Source: Nitrosopumilus sp.
GTDB taxonomy: Archaea > Thermoproteota > Nitrososphaeria > Nitrososphaerales > Nitrosopumilaceae
Assembly: GCA_965207445.1 (NCBI GenBank)
Contig: CBDBLX010000002.1
Location: forward strand, 832,001-896,000
DNA length: 64,000 bases
Direction: 5' to 3'
A model generated the notes under the pieces. The model was not told where the DNA came from. It ran no database searches and saw only the letters and a list, made by a program, of their open reading frames with translations. Position 1 is the first letter of the stretch; each line of letters starts with the position of its first letter. Positions 44,043 through 55,257 of the stretch are shown piece after piece. Position numbers and translations under genes: made by a program.

Positions 44043-44456
44043 TTATGTGATTCTCTGAGCAGTCCACTCTTTTCCTATCCAAATACCTGCTACCTCTATA
44101 CCATCTTGACTTTTTGTTGTATCATCTAGTAATCCGTACTTGGTTTTCCATGATTTTATGACTTCGATTGATTTTTTGATGTGTTTTTTGTGCTCTTCAT
44201 CTGATACTGGATTTCCTGCACAATCATAATGTCCTGATATTACTATAAGCCGTGATTTATGTTTTTGTACAGATATGCGTATCATATCAACAAATGGTTC
44301 AATACATGTTTCATCTGCCACCGTTTTATCTATGCCTGGCGCAGTTATGGTATCGACATAATCGACATTATAATTTTCCCTTATCCAATCTGAAACAACA
44401 TTTTGAATTCTACCGTCCATACAACTGACAGCAGTTGCAAATCTACCTGTTGCCAT
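44043..44456 (-). CDS. Putative beta-class-like carbonic anhydrase
   Basis: CMDGR and GHYDCAGN zinc-ligand motifs. Confidence 0.8.
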   Translation of the reverse strand: MATGRFATAVSCMDGRIQNVVSDWIRENYNVDYVDTITAPGIDKTVADETCIEPFVDMIRISVQKHKSRLIVISGHYDCAGNPVSDEEHKKHIKKSIEVIKSWKTKYGLLDDTTKSQDGIEVAGIWIGKEWTAQRIT

Positions 44457-44599
44457 TATCTGTATGTTATATTAGTATAATAAAACTATTTTTCTCAAAA
44501 TATATGTACACAATTTTAAGAATTAAAAACAAAATTATTCGTTGTTGTTGTGTATGTGCGTATTGTCTTGGCAACTCAACAAAACTATATTCGTATATA

Positions 44600-45013
44600 T
44601 CATGATGATTTTACACGCATAATCTTTGTTTTGTCCATAACTACCCAATATTCCACATTTTGACCATTTTCTAGACTACCCTTTACTTCCTCATCAACTA
44701 GAGAGACATCAATTGTCTCAAATGTCTCATTATCCATCACTTGAACTATATCCCCTGACATTGATATTATTTGACCAATTTTTTTGTTTATCATTGGAAC
44801 ATGAATCTGCATGCTGACTGGTCCTACATGTGGCCTCTTTTGACCGTCAAATATTCCCTCACCTACAATTCTTGCTTTTGCAGCACCATGTTTGCCTGGT
44901 TTTGATGTGTCATACTCTACTATTCTACATGGCTCACCACTTGGTTGGTCTGAGTGTGGTAGTAGTATGTATGATCCTATCTTCAACGATCCGAGATCCG
45001 CGGGTTTGCTCAT
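44600..45013 (-). CDS. eif5a: Translation factor aIF-5A
   Basis: SKPGKHGAAKAR hypusine loop. Confidence 0.98.
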   Translation of the reverse strand: MSKPADLGSLKIGSYILLPHSDQPSGEPCRIVEYDTSKPGKHGAAKARIVGEGIFDGQKRPHVGPVSMQIHVPMINKKIGQIISMSGDIVQVMDNETFETIDVSLVDEEVKGSLENGQNVEYWVVMDKTKIMRVKSS

Positions 45014-45076
45014 ACAAATAGCGTTTTTCTGGAATATTTTAATCCTTGTTACTGAAAGCTTGAGGGGCGGAACACT

Positions 45077-45679
45077 CTATTTTATTTGCTCTAGTATAGA
45101 TAAACTCATCAAGTTTGTCATAGATAGTCCTTTTCGGTTCATTTCACGCCTTGTTTGATCACAATATTTTTTGACACTTTGGTAACTTTTTTCACTTGTC
45201 GCCTCTATTACCACCATATTTTCATAATATGGAAATACAAACTTTGAAGGATTTTTACTAAACGTACTCATATTTCCTATACCTGCCTTTGCAATTTTCT
45301 CTCGTCGCAATAACAATAGTGCTATCTCTGATGCGTCCTCGCTATATTCACAATAATACACCGATACAAAATTTGTATCACCTTGAACTTCTCTCTCAAA
45401 AAGGTCATCTTTAATACTAAATACAAATGCTCTTTTTTCCTGATCGTATTCGTCTAGATCTTTTATTATTTCGTAATCACTTTCAAATTTTGCGAGTAGG
45501 TAATGATTTGCCGTATCTGTAAAATATGATTTACTGTCTGGAGAAAATGTTCCTGTTACAAAATACATGTTTTTAATGTTTTTTGAACCCATCCAAATTT
45601 CTTTTAATTCGATTGATTCATGAGTGTGCAAATATGGTATGCACACATAGCCTGAATATGCAAATTCTAACTTGGACAT
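45077..45679 (-). CDS. Hypothetical protein
   Basis: 200-aa ORF with host-like composition, upstream of eIF5A. Confidence 0.75.
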   Translation of the reverse strand: MSKLEFAYSGYVCIPYLHTHESIELKEIWMGSKNIKNMYFVTGTFSPDSKSYFTDTANHYLLAKFESDYEIIKDLDEYDQEKRAFVFSIKDDLFEREVQGDTNFVSVYYCEYSEDASEIALLLLRREKIAKAGIGNMSTFSKNPSKFVFPYYENMVVIEATSEKSYQSVKKYCDQTRREMNRKGLSMTNLMSLSILEQIK

Positions 45680-45829
45680 AAAATTTTGTTTCTTATATTG
45701 TATTTATGCTTTTGAGTGTATGAGTTTTACTTGAAGAGTCGGGAATCATGTCACCCTGGACATATGTAACATTTTACTATAGTTAATTATATTTAGTAAT
45801 ACCATGTGGCTCCAATGATGTGTGTGTGT

Positions 45830-46110
45830 GCGCCTCAACGACAATTCAACAGACTATCCGTAAAAAAGTTCTCAAAGGATATGGTCCATAGAGTGATGTT
45901 GGCAGACTGCCGTGCATGCAAAGAAACAGGAAAGAAAAAACAGCCGCAGTAGCGCATGTACCTGCCATGATCATCGAGGATCCACCAGAACGGTTTGTCA
46001 TATATCACAACACTTGCTCATATTACAATCTTTATGGTCAGATACTGATCAGTACATCATACAAAAAAAGAACGCTTTCAGAGGGAGAATCTCACCAAAA
46101 CGACGTCTGA
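45830..46110 (+). pseudogene. Possible IS481 C-terminal remnant
   Basis: IIEDPPERFVIYHNT...YKKR resembles ITDPITRLVNWYNN...AYKRK of the IS481 at 61581. Confidence 0.3.
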
Positions 46111-46584
46111 ACTGACCTGCACATTATGGATTGGGAGTACCCTCTTCCCACTTCCAACAGCGTATGTTATACACCGTGAGTAAAAATCCGATTATTTTAT
46201 ATCCAATTCACTGAATCTACACCATTACATCCTACACTAGTTGCCAAAAATTGGTATCAGACCATGTTGTAGGAAATACATGTCACAACTCCGTGGGGTG
46301 ACATAATTTTCTGACACTACGGTGTATGGATTTTACTAATATGCCACTTTTATTATTGCATGTCACTATGTGCACACAATAACTACACACAATATACGCT
46401 TGTAGAGAACCGGCGGTATCTTTGTGACACTAAACCTTCACTATATATGAACATTATGTTTACTTTACATTATTGCACAACAATAGTCATAATTGCTAAA
46501 CCTGATATACAACAATATTGATTTTCAACGCAACAAAACTTACTCAAGGATGGTTTTTTAATGGCTGTATCTGAGTTTATTCGT

Positions 46585-46708
46585 CCCAAGCTAGCTCAGC
46601 CTGGTAGAGCTTCCGGCTGTAGTTGTCGGCTTATGGCTGACTCGATAACAGCATATCAGGCATACAGAAACCGGGCCGTCGAAGGTTCAACTCCTTCGCT
46701 TGGGACCA
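46585..46708 (+). tRNA. tRNA-Tyr(GTA) with a canonical-position intron (~46623-46669) and encoded CCA
   Basis: CCCAAGC/GCTTGGG acceptor stem, CCGG-CTGTAG...intron...ACCGG, bulge-helix-bulge pairing CTGTA/TACAG, T-arm GAAGGTTCAACTCCTTC. Confidence 0.92.
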
Positions 46709-46987
46709 CAACCATTGATCTGTGTTTTTGTACTGTGACTGATACTATATACTCAATAAATCGATATTATATTGTCATGACCCTATCTGTGTGTAATTGT
46801 TCATCCTCTTCCCAAATTTAAGCATAAATTCACCGTCTAGCGTCTGACACAGACACGAGGGGAATTGAATGGTCTCTATCTGTGATTATTTTATGTTATC
46901 ATCTATTCATTGGAGTGCGTTATTTAATTTAGTCAACTAAATACTTGATTTTTTGTGTATATACAAAGCTCTGAGATTCTACATTTG

Positions 46988-47057
46988 GTGTGAACCGAGC
47001 TCCGTGCCTAGAAAATCCACCAAACGCCATTTTCCACGCACAGAGCTTGGTTCACAC
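46988..47057. mobile_element. Short (70 bp) MITE with family-B TIRs
   Basis: GTGTGAACCGAGCTC...GAGCTTGGTTCACAC; 8-bp TSD TACATTTG on both sides. Confidence 0.85.
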
Positions 47058-47313
47058 TACATTTGTAATGACAAATACAAATATCTGGAATTTACATTAT
47101 AACTAGATCAAATAAAATAATATCTCAAAAGTAAAAATAACCTTGATGATTTTTATTTGCGACTGTTAACTTGTATGTATACTTGTTACATGTTACGATA
47201 TGTACAAAAAACAACAATCTTGTTTTTGTCAAATCAAATATTCTCATATATACTAATTACTATTTTTTTTAAAAAATAAAAATATAGTTGGATAGTTTTT
47301 ATGTAGTTATATG

Positions 47314-47670
47314 TTAGTTATTTTTTCTCTTTACTGAGAACACTTTTTCTTTGTTTTCTTGTATGTCAAAATATGTGCGATATAACATCTTTTGATCTTT
47401 GTCTGTGATGACTTGTGAGTTATGACACTTTGCGCACATAATTGTTCCTCTATCCACTATTTTACGTTGTGGCCTCCATGTTTTACCACAGTCACATTCG
47501 TAACCGTATACTTTGGCTTGGACAACAATATCTTTTGCTGCTGAACCACACTGTTTGCATATTGGATCTGGATTTCGACCGTATTTACTACGTTTGGTAT
47601 CCCAAATATTGTGGCATTTTTTGCATACATACCCATCAATGAGTACTGGTCTTAGCGGCGTTCTTGCCAT
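47314..47670 (-). CDS. Tandem zinc-ribbon protein
   Basis: Two units: GYVCKKCHNIW...CKQCGS and GYECDCGKTW...CAKCHNS. Confidence 0.75.
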   Translation of the reverse strand: MARTPLRPVLIDGYVCKKCHNIWDTKRSKYGRNPDPICKQCGSAAKDIVVQAKVYGYECDCGKTWRPQRKIVDRGTIMCAKCHNSQVITDKDQKMLYRTYFDIQENKEKVFSVKRKNN

Positions 47671-47978
47671 GCTTGTATGATATAATAGTGTTATTTATAG
47701 ATATTAATTATTGATATTATAATATAAAATATTGACTGGATAATTTTGTATTTGTCAATTTATGTATCTGGTAGTCAATTTCATTACCAATTAATGTAAT
47801 TATGATGATTTAATTTAATCTTAAATTATAATTTTATATGGTGTTGTTATTAGACGTTTTGATTTATCTCTTAAATAATTATTTTTATTTAATATATATA
47901 CTCTAAATTAAAATGAACATGTATATTAACTCTAGTTAATAAAAATGGATAATGTATAAAAACTAGGTGTTCAATATC

Positions 47979-48167
47979 CTAAAATTTTTTAACTTTTTGT
48001 GCGGCGGGGCCTTTTTTACCTTCGCCAACTTCAAACTCTACCTTGTCGCCTTCGTTGATAAATCCGTCAACGTCTGTTTTATGTACAAACAGATCGTCAC
48101 CTGATTCGCGTTCGATAAAGCCGTAGCCTTTAATACGGTTGAACCATTTTACGGTACCTTGTTCCAT
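47979..48167 (-). CDS. cspA: Cold-shock domain protein
   Basis: GTVKWFN, KGYGFI, DLFVH. Confidence 0.97.
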   Translation of the reverse strand: MEQGTVKWFNRIKGYGFIERESGDDLFVHKTDVDGFINEGDKVEFEVGEGKKGPAAQKVKKF

Positions 48168-48819
48168 TTAATTATGCCCAATATTGTCTCTATATTAATC
48201 AAAGGTGTGATCATCCTCTTCCTAGTAATGACGATTTTTCACCTTTTTTTGTAACGTTTTTCTGCAAAAATCATACCTACACCATCTGCATTTTGTCTTG
48301 TACTCTTATTTGAAGCAAGAGGCAATTTATGGCGAATTTTTCAAATAGAAAACTTCCGGTTGGATTTAGTTTATCTCTGACATAAATATTCCATTAATCA
48401 TAAATGACACCTCTCTCTCTCTATACTTTATCTCATCTATGTAAAATGACTGTGGTCCTGATCAATGGTCTGATAACTCCAATGCTGATGCCTCTAGTTT
48501 CTATTGCCCTTTTGATCATTGCATTCTCTTTTCTCTTATGTGCGTGACAATACTGTTTGTAAGTTTTGATAATTGTAGTGATTTTGAATTCTGTATGTTC
48601 TCAAGATTTTGTGTGTGTGTTGTGTATTTCTACAAGCGATATTGAATTGTCATTTTTAATGTTTGGTTTATTGTTTGTCCCAATCAATGCTGTACTTTTG
48701 TTGGCTTGTATTTGACAACATCCTTGCTTTTTTTTTGCTCTTGTAAATGTCACATGTGTATGTGTACTATTGTGCATTGATGATATGCGTATTGGATCGT
48801 CATCTTGATTTCAGGCTGA

Positions 48820-49131
48820 TCAAAAGTCTTTTGGAATGTGATCGTTTGCCTTTAACCATTCGACTTGCGGTAGTGTAAACCTCCATACAATGTCACCTTT
48901 TTCTGCCTCATTAAAGTCCCAAGGTGCAATAATCACTATGTCATTATCACGTATCCAGACTCGACGTTTAAGCTTGCCTCTTATGCGTCCTTTACGTGCT
49001 ATGCCATCTGTACATTTTATTAGGACAATCTCACCTCCGAGCATCTTGAGAACTCTGCCAAACATTTCTCCTTCTTCTGGAAGACGTATCTCTTTTAGTG
49101 CACTTTCACTTTTAACTTGTCGTTTTCCCAT
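48820..49131 (-). CDS. eif1a: Translation initiation factor aIF-1A
   Basis: MLGG, RIRGKLKRRVWIR, KGDIVWR; likely start MGKRQ at 49131. Confidence 0.95.
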   Translation of the reverse strand: MGKRQVKSESALKEIRLPEEGEMFGRVLKMLGGEIVLIKCTDGIARKGRIRGKLKRRVWIRDNDIVIIAPWDFNEAEKGDIVWRFTLPQVEWLKANDHIPKDF

Positions 49132-49422
49132 AACATGTATGTTGATTCTTGGAATATAACTTGTCACTTTTGAGAATTACTTGTAGTTTTGTTTTAATTT
49201 TTAAATATTGCATGTTTGGTTTGTTGTTGGTTTTCTTGATGAACATTTAAAATTTATATCTAATTTAATGTGTGCATTGTGCCATCTCATTTCAAAAACA
49301 TAAAACCGTTTTCAAGTTTATAAATATGATTTCATTAAAATAATAGTGCGTCGTTGATCTATACTCTTTGACAAATCATCATAATCCAAAAGAAATTTTA
49401 CCCTCTATCTTGTATTTGAATT

Positions 49423-50046
49423 GTGGATTTTAACTGCGTACCTGATTGCTCAGATTGTTGTATAAAACGTGAATATTATCCTGATAAACGATTTGGCAAA
49501 ATTGGTGTCTTGATACTGCCCAACGAACGTGACTTAATTGCCAAACATGCATCAGAGTTGGGAATTGATGTACGTGTTGTGCCTAGGATAGGTGTTTCTG
49601 CGCGTGATAATACCTGTGATAATTCGTCACACCCTACAAAAATACTTGCATATCAAATGATGGGCAGAGATGATAACGGAGATACATGCCCATTTCTTGA
49701 TACTAGTAGTGGTACCACATCACCTCATGGTGGATTTCCGTGTCGCATATATGAGAAACGGCCTCTTGCATGTGCAGCATATCCTCTTGTAGAAATTGAT
49801 CCTATTGTACTGGATCAAAAATGCAAATTCTGCAAAGAGTATTGTGCTATTGATGACCATACAATAAAGGAAACTGATGCCACTGTGAAACGTGAAAGCT
49901 TAATCTCTGAGACAAATGCCCTTGCCACAATAAAAAATAATGTACAGTCTTCTGATCCTATAATATGGAGATATGCAACTGCAATAGGCGATAAAAAAGA
50001 TCGTAAACACTTTTTAAAATCTGGTTGGTTTAAGACTAGCCACTAA
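49423..50046 (+). CDS. YkgJ-family CxxCxxCC Fe-S/Zn protein
   Basis: CVPDCSDCC, CPFLD, CRIYEKRPLACAAYP. Confidence 0.88.
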   Translation: MDFNCVPDCSDCCIKREYYPDKRFGKIGVLILPNERDLIAKHASELGIDVRVVPRIGVSARDNTCDNSSHPTKILAYQMMGRDDNGDTCPFLDTSSGTTSPHGGFPCRIYEKRPLACAAYPLVEIDPIVLDQKCKFCKEYCAIDDHTIKETDATVKRESLISETNALATIKNNVQSSDPIIWRYATAIGDKKDRKHFLKSGWFKTSH

Positions 50047-50145
50047 TTATATAATCTTGTTATAAATGATTTATTAAATTTAATCAACGTATGTTATTTT
50101 ATTTGTTTGTAAAAATTGGGTGTTGCTATGTTTATTGCACTCTAA

Positions 50146-51213
50146 TCATTCTGGATTTATTACTGCGCGTCCTATTATTTTGCGTTCTTTGAGCGCTTGC
50201 AATGCATCATTTACCTCTGATAATTTGTAATGTTTTGATATTACTGGGTTTATCGCACCTTTTCTTGCAATCTTTAAGATTTCTACCATGTCTGTATAGT
50301 TTCCTGTGTATGCACCTTGAATTGTAATTGCTTTTAGTGGAATAGTTACTAGTGAGATCTCAAGTGAGCCACCAAATAACCCGACCATTACTAGGTTGCC
50401 TCGTTTGCGCAATATGTTCAATCCAAGTTGCGCAGTTGGTGGTGCATTCACAAAATCCACCACACTATCTACACCCTTATTCAGAGTAATCTCCATTATC
50501 TGTTTTTGAGCTTGTGATGAGTCTTTAGAACTAATCGCATAATTTGCACCTATCTCTTGTGCTGTTTGTAATTTTTTATCATCCAAATCCACACAAATTA
50601 TCTCTGCTTTTGTAATTGCCTTTGCTATCTGTATGCCCATAAGGCCAAGTCCACCTGCGCCTATTATGGCTATATATTTTGGCAAATTAACATTTGCCTT
50701 TTTAATTGATGTATATGCCGTCAATCCAGAGCACGCAAGTGATGTGGCCGCATCCGGGTCAACCCCGTCTAGTTTTGCCAAGTATTTGTAACTTGGTATT
50801 ATTACATAATCTGCATATCCGCCGTCCTGAAATATGCCCATCGATCTGGGCTCATCACACAAATTCTCATTTCCTGCATCACATGCAGGACAACTCTCAC
50901 ATCCTATCCATGGGTATACAAGTACTTTGTCACCAATAGTGAATTGATTTGCCTCTATGGCATCTTTACCCATCTCTGTTATCGTTCCTGCTATCTCGTG
51001 TCCTGGTGTTATGGGATACTTTACTCCCCTATCAGTCACTTTCATGATCTTGCCGTCTCCCATGTCATATCCTCCCTCCCACAAATGCAAGTCACTATGG
51101 CATACACCTGTTGAATTCACCTTTAACAAGACCTGCTCACCATTTGGATGTGGCGTATCTGTCTGTACCATGACTAGTGGCTTGTTTGCATCCATGATCT
51201 TGGCAGATAACAT
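50146..51213 (-). CDS. adh: Zinc-dependent alcohol dehydrogenase (MDR family)
   Basis: GVCHSD, GHE, CESCPACDAGNENLC, GAGGLG; likely start MLSAKIM. Confidence 0.95.
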   Translation of the reverse strand: MLSAKIMDANKPLVMVQTDTPHPNGEQVLLKVNSTGVCHSDLHLWEGGYDMGDGKIMKVTDRGVKYPITPGHEIAGTITEMGKDAIEANQFTIGDKVLVYPWIGCESCPACDAGNENLCDEPRSMGIFQDGGYADYVIIPSYKYLAKLDGVDPDAATSLACSGLTAYTSIKKANVNLPKYIAIIGAGGLGLMGIQIAKAITKAEIICVDLDDKKLQTAQEIGANYAISSKDSSQAQKQIMEITLNKGVDSVVDFVNAPPTAQLGLNILRKRGNLVMVGLFGGSLEISLVTIPLKAITIQGAYTGNYTDMVEILKIARKGAINPVISKHYKLSEVNDALQALKERKIIGRAVINPE

Positions 51214-51299
51214 ACATGGCTTCTTTATATTTATAATATAAGAGTTGACTCGCAAATAGTCTAAACATGTATGTATATGTTGTATGATTGTATATAGTA

Positions 51300-52265
51300 A
51301 TGGCGAACAATAGCCACTCTAATGCAAATGTTGGAAATGCTGATGGTAAAGACGTTGCTAGTGATAATGATGCATCTATTACTCGAACTACTACTACTAC
51401 TAATAATACTCCTAACAATAACAACAATCCTAGACGGCGTACTAAATCTGATAATATCACTAGTGCTGCCAACGTGGATGAATTTGAGCAAGGAATATCA
51501 AAAGAACCTGTTAGTATTCTGTTTGATGCACCATCAACAGTGACAAAACGTGACGTTTGGCAGATTGACCTTATTCAGATACTTGACATACTTGTATCGA
51601 TTATTGAGCGATCAGGCAAAAAAGACTTACGTGTTGCTGGTATGGCCGCTCTATCATCATCTCTTATATATCGATTAAAAGTTGAGAGCATCTCTGCACT
51701 TCACAAAGCTGCCATGGCGCCAAAAAACTCCCCTATACGTCGTCAGGATGTTGACATTGAGATGATCGGAATTCCATACAGACATGAACCTACATATCCT
51801 GTCACGTTTGATGATCTACTTGGGTTATTGCAGGACTTGATCGGTACTATGGCAAACCCTAAAACACGTGGTAGGAGCCGAAAGCCCTTGATCCAAGATC
51901 TGGCACAACCACCTGTATTTGAAAATTATCTATTGTCACTTGAGACCGTAATTGGACAGTATCGTGATATGATAATGCGAAAGATTGGGGATGTGGGACA
52001 TGGAATTTTACAGGATATTACTGAAAATTTGGATGCTCTTGATTCTGTAAGATGTTTTTTTGCTGCCTTGTTTTTGGCGCGCGACGGCGTTGTTGATTTG
52101 GAACAGGTGGGTGATGATATTCGTATTATATTGATACCACAGATAGGTGATAATGATGATGGTGGTGGTGGTGATAATAATAATGATGATAAAAACAATG
52201 ATGATGGTAATGTCGATGACGTTTCTTTTGATACTGGTCGTGTATTATCTGGTGGCACGCACTAG
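51300..52265 (+). CDS. scpA: Segregation/condensation protein A (kleisin) with low-complexity extensions
   Basis: DVWQIDL, LRVAGMAALSSSLIYRLKVE, FFAALFLARDGVVDLEQ; scpB follows. Confidence 0.85.
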   Translation: MANNSHSNANVGNADGKDVASDNDASITRTTTTTNNTPNNNNNPRRRTKSDNITSAANVDEFEQGISKEPVSILFDAPSTVTKRDVWQIDLIQILDILVSIIERSGKKDLRVAGMAALSSSLIYRLKVESISALHKAAMAPKNSPIRRQDVDIEMIGIPYRHEPTYPVTFDDLLGLLQDLIGTMANPKTRGRSRKPLIQDLAQPPVFENYLLSLETVIGQYRDMIMRKIGDVGHGILQDITENLDALDSVRCFFAALFLARDGVVDLEQVGDDIRIILIPQIGDNDDGGGGDNNNDDKNNDDGNVDDVSFDTGRVLSGGTH

Positions 52266-52549
52266 TGCAAAAACAAAAATGAATATTTCATTTACACCTC
52301 ATCGAAGAATTCTAATTAATTGCTAGTCACGTTGCATGTGAGTATAACTGATTGGGTGCTAGTACAATCATACGCAAAATTGATCTCAAACTTTGCTAAA
52401 TTAATGTCATATGTGATGTACTATGTAATTTTTGATTTTGTCGTAAAATCTAACACAAACATAAAATCTGGATTACACACAAAAAGTAATAATAACAATT
52501 ATGGTAATGATATTGATGATGATGTTGATGTGGTGGCGGTGATGACATA

Positions 52550-53125
52550 ATGGCAAAGATCACTGATATAAACGAGGCTACAGCAAGAGTAGAGTCTGCG
52601 CTTTATTCTGCTGGCAGACCACTCAAAGAAGACGACTTGTTACGCGCATCTGGCACAGAATCTCGTACAAAGACTAAAAGCATTATCCAGAGCATAATGA
52701 AGAAAACAAAGACTGCATTCAAAGCAATAGAAGTCGTGACACTTCCAGATGGCACTTATGTATTACAACTAAAGCCTGAATACAGCGCCACTGTAAAACG
52801 TTATGCCTCAAAACCAATATTACCGCAGGCGACACTTAAAACACTCTCGTATATTGCATGGACACAACCTGTATCATCAAAACAACTCGTAGAGGCTCGT
52901 GGTTCAGGTGTCTATTCACACCTCAAAGAACTCCAACAGTTAGATTACATCAAACATGAAAGTGCAGGTAGAATAAAGATCTACACTACAACTATCAAAT
53001 TCCAAAAATATTTTGGTATAACTGGCGATGCAGATGACCTCCGAGACAAACTCTTCTCAAAGGTTCGAAAGACTGCCGAGTCTACTAAAAATACTTCTAC
53101 AACCAACTCTCAAACACATGTGTAA
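52550..53125 (+). CDS. scpB: SMC-Scp complex subunit ScpB
   Basis: VESALYSAGRPL, TLSYIAWTQPV, RG...HLKEL, YTTTIKFQKYFG. Confidence 0.93.
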   Translation: MAKITDINEATARVESALYSAGRPLKEDDLLRASGTESRTKTKSIIQSIMKKTKTAFKAIEVVTLPDGTYVLQLKPEYSATVKRYASKPILPQATLKTLSYIAWTQPVSSKQLVEARGSGVYSHLKELQQLDYIKHESAGRIKIYTTTIKFQKYFGITGDADDLRDKLFSKVRKTAESTKNTSTTNSQTHV

Positions 53126-53498
53126 ACATACGCCAAATTGCCACCGTACAATTTATTGATTCTCACACAACTGTGACTGAAAACACGTTTTATTCTTATA
53201 TGTGATTAGATTTTGTTATATGTGGGATCTAAATTTGTTATATCGTAGTTGTATTTTTACAACGACCATATCATGAATGAAAATTATGCACAGGATTCAG
53301 CAAATACATTGATTAAATGCAATCTAGTTTTATAGTGATGCAGTAATTATCTACAGAATTTAATGTGTTTAGTTATGTTACATTAATTGTATAAATTGGT
53401 AATATCCTTGTCAATACACGCGTTAAACCTGTGTCAAAAACCACATACTATATATTCAATTATAATGGGGTACAAGTAACTATATAGAACATAATTTG

Positions 53499-53579
53499 GT
53501 AACCGTTCAACCCCTTCGAAAATTTAGGCACAAACTCGCCCCCTAGTATATAGCGCAGACACTAGAACTAAACGGTTAT
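53499..53579 (-). mobile_element. MITE family A (reverse orientation, degenerate)
   Basis: GTAACCGTTCAACCCC...AAACGGTTAT; TSD CATAATTTG on both sides. Confidence 0.85.
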
Positions 53580-53627
53580 CATAATTTGATCACGCACGTA
53601 TAAATTAGAGGTTTATGTGTGTATGAT

Positions 53628-54026
53628 ATGCGAAAATCTGTTGAAAACCTTGCAACTAGCAAATCAACTGGTGGAAGACGTCATCCACTTCGAATACGCC
53701 GAAAGTATGAGATTGACCGATATCCAAATGAGGCTATAAACAGCGCTCAGGAGACGATAACTAGACGTGTGAGAGGTAACAATCACAAGACTGCACTAAA
53801 ATCAATTGACTTTGTGAATTTAGCAACTGGAGATTTTAAGACAAAAAAATCCAAAATACTAAAGGTGCTGGACAATTTAACAAATAATGATTACAAGCGT
53901 CGTGGAATAATTACAAAAGGTGCAATTTTAGAGACCGAAGATGGTAAATGTCGCGTAGTCTCAAAACCTGGACAAACTGGTGTGGTAAATGCCGTATTGG
54001 TTCGGCCAGATGATACAACTCTATAA
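53628..54026 (+). CDS. rps8e: 30S ribosomal protein S8e
   Basis: STGGR, RRKYE, RVRGNN, IITKGAI, SKPGQTGVVNA. Confidence 0.97.
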   Translation: MRKSVENLATSKSTGGRRHPLRIRRKYEIDRYPNEAINSAQETITRRVRGNNHKTALKSIDFVNLATGDFKTKKSKILKVLDNLTNNDYKRRGIITKGAILETEDGKCRVVSKPGQTGVVNAVLVRPDDTTL

Positions 54027-54028
54027 TC

Positions 54029-54465
54029 GTGTGAACCAACTTATTTTGATATAATAATAAGATCATATACATTTAAGATTTATTATCAGACAACAGACCA
54101 ATATTTTTACACAATTCATCTCAGACATTTAGTTCACATAGATTTCACGTCTCAACACAACTAAACATCATACATGGATTTTCTGCCCCCTTGTCACTCT
54201 TTAACTGTACATGATTGTTTCTCTGACCTAATCGGTTTCATTGATTGCTCTCCAAGACTTGTGGTAGAGTGGATAAATGGATACAAAATAAATGTAAAAA
54301 GTTTGGGCGTTGCGTTTTGTAACCGTTCAACCCCTGGTACTTGCACTAGATGTTAGGCGGCGAATCTGTGCCTAAATTTGGAAAGAGGTTGAACGGTTAC
54401 GACAGGAACATAACCAAATACAAGTATATGATTTCATTGTTACATTCAAAGAACTTGATTCACAC
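54029..54465. mobile_element. Compound MITE-B-bounded insertion containing a MITE-A copy (54319-54400)
   Basis: GTGTGAACCAA at 54029; MITE-B right third ending TTGATTCACAC at 54465; 8-bp TSD CTATAATC (54021-54028 and 54466-54473). Confidence 0.75.
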
Positions 54466-54594
54466 CTATAATCTTCTACAAAACACATGTACAAAATTTA
54501 TCATCTACTTGATCAAAAATTTACATACTCGTTGTAATTGTTTGAGTTCATATTTGATGTTTATCACTCCGTAGTATGTATATTTTTATGTTCT

Positions 54595-55248
54595 TTAATT
54601 ATAAAGATTATCTATATTTTTTATCATATCTGCCATATGTGGTTTTTCGTCTCTATTTGCCAAAAGAAACTCGAGGTCGTCTATAGTGTCAACATCCATC
54701 ATAATTCGTCTAACAAATACTGGTACTGTATTTCGTGTATGAAAATTTGCCATCTTGATGTGTTCTTTGTAACTGTTATCATCATAATGTGTCTTCATCA
54801 AGTCTACTGGCATTCTAACTAGTGCATTTGTACCATCAAATTTTCTTGATGGAACAATAACTGCAAAGTTTGGCGGCATTGCAAAACTCATCACAAAATC
54901 AATGTCTTGGGTTTTGATATATGGGATATCCTGTGGTAGTACAATTGATGCATCATATTTGTTATCTAGTACATGTTTGTCTGCAAATGCAACTGCTTCA
55001 TTGACGCCTAGTTCATGTTCGTCACGTATAATACTGACATTGTTCTTAAACTCTGAGACAATTTTTATAGCATCTGTGTCTTGTGTGACTACAAATGTAT
55101 GATCTATATGAATTGACACCGAAACTGTATGTAATATCTCTCTGAGCATTACACTGCACAGTTCTTTTATCACGTTTGGTGTGAGCATATGCATGCGTGT
55201 TTTTGCCTTTGCAAAACTTTTGACTGGTATGATTGCTGCTGTCTTCAA
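54595..55248 (-). CDS. cofC: 2-phospho-L-lactate/PEP guanylyltransferase (F420 biosynthesis)
   Basis: IIPVKSFAKAKTR, QDIPYI, DGTNAL, DVDTIDDL; next to cofD. Confidence 0.93.
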   Translation of the reverse strand: MKTAAIIPVKSFAKAKTRMHMLTPNVIKELCSVMLREILHTVSVSIHIDHTFVVTQDTDAIKIVSEFKNNVSIIRDEHELGVNEAVAFADKHVLDNKYDASIVLPQDIPYIKTQDIDFVMSFAMPPNFAVIVPSRKFDGTNALVRMPVDLMKTHYDDNSYKEHIKMANFHTRNTVPVFVRRIMMDVDTIDDLEFLLANRDEKPHMADMIKNIDNLYN

Positions 55249-55257
55249 TTATTATGG

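Noticed and set aside
46623..46669. tRNA-Tyr intron as a novelty
   Set aside because: Canonical-position BHB introns are common in archaeal tRNA-Tyr.
51300..53125. scpA/scpB without adjacent smc as a Wadjet/MksBEF system
   Set aside because: These are ordinary ScpA/ScpB sequences; smc is often unlinked and no JetD-like gene is present.
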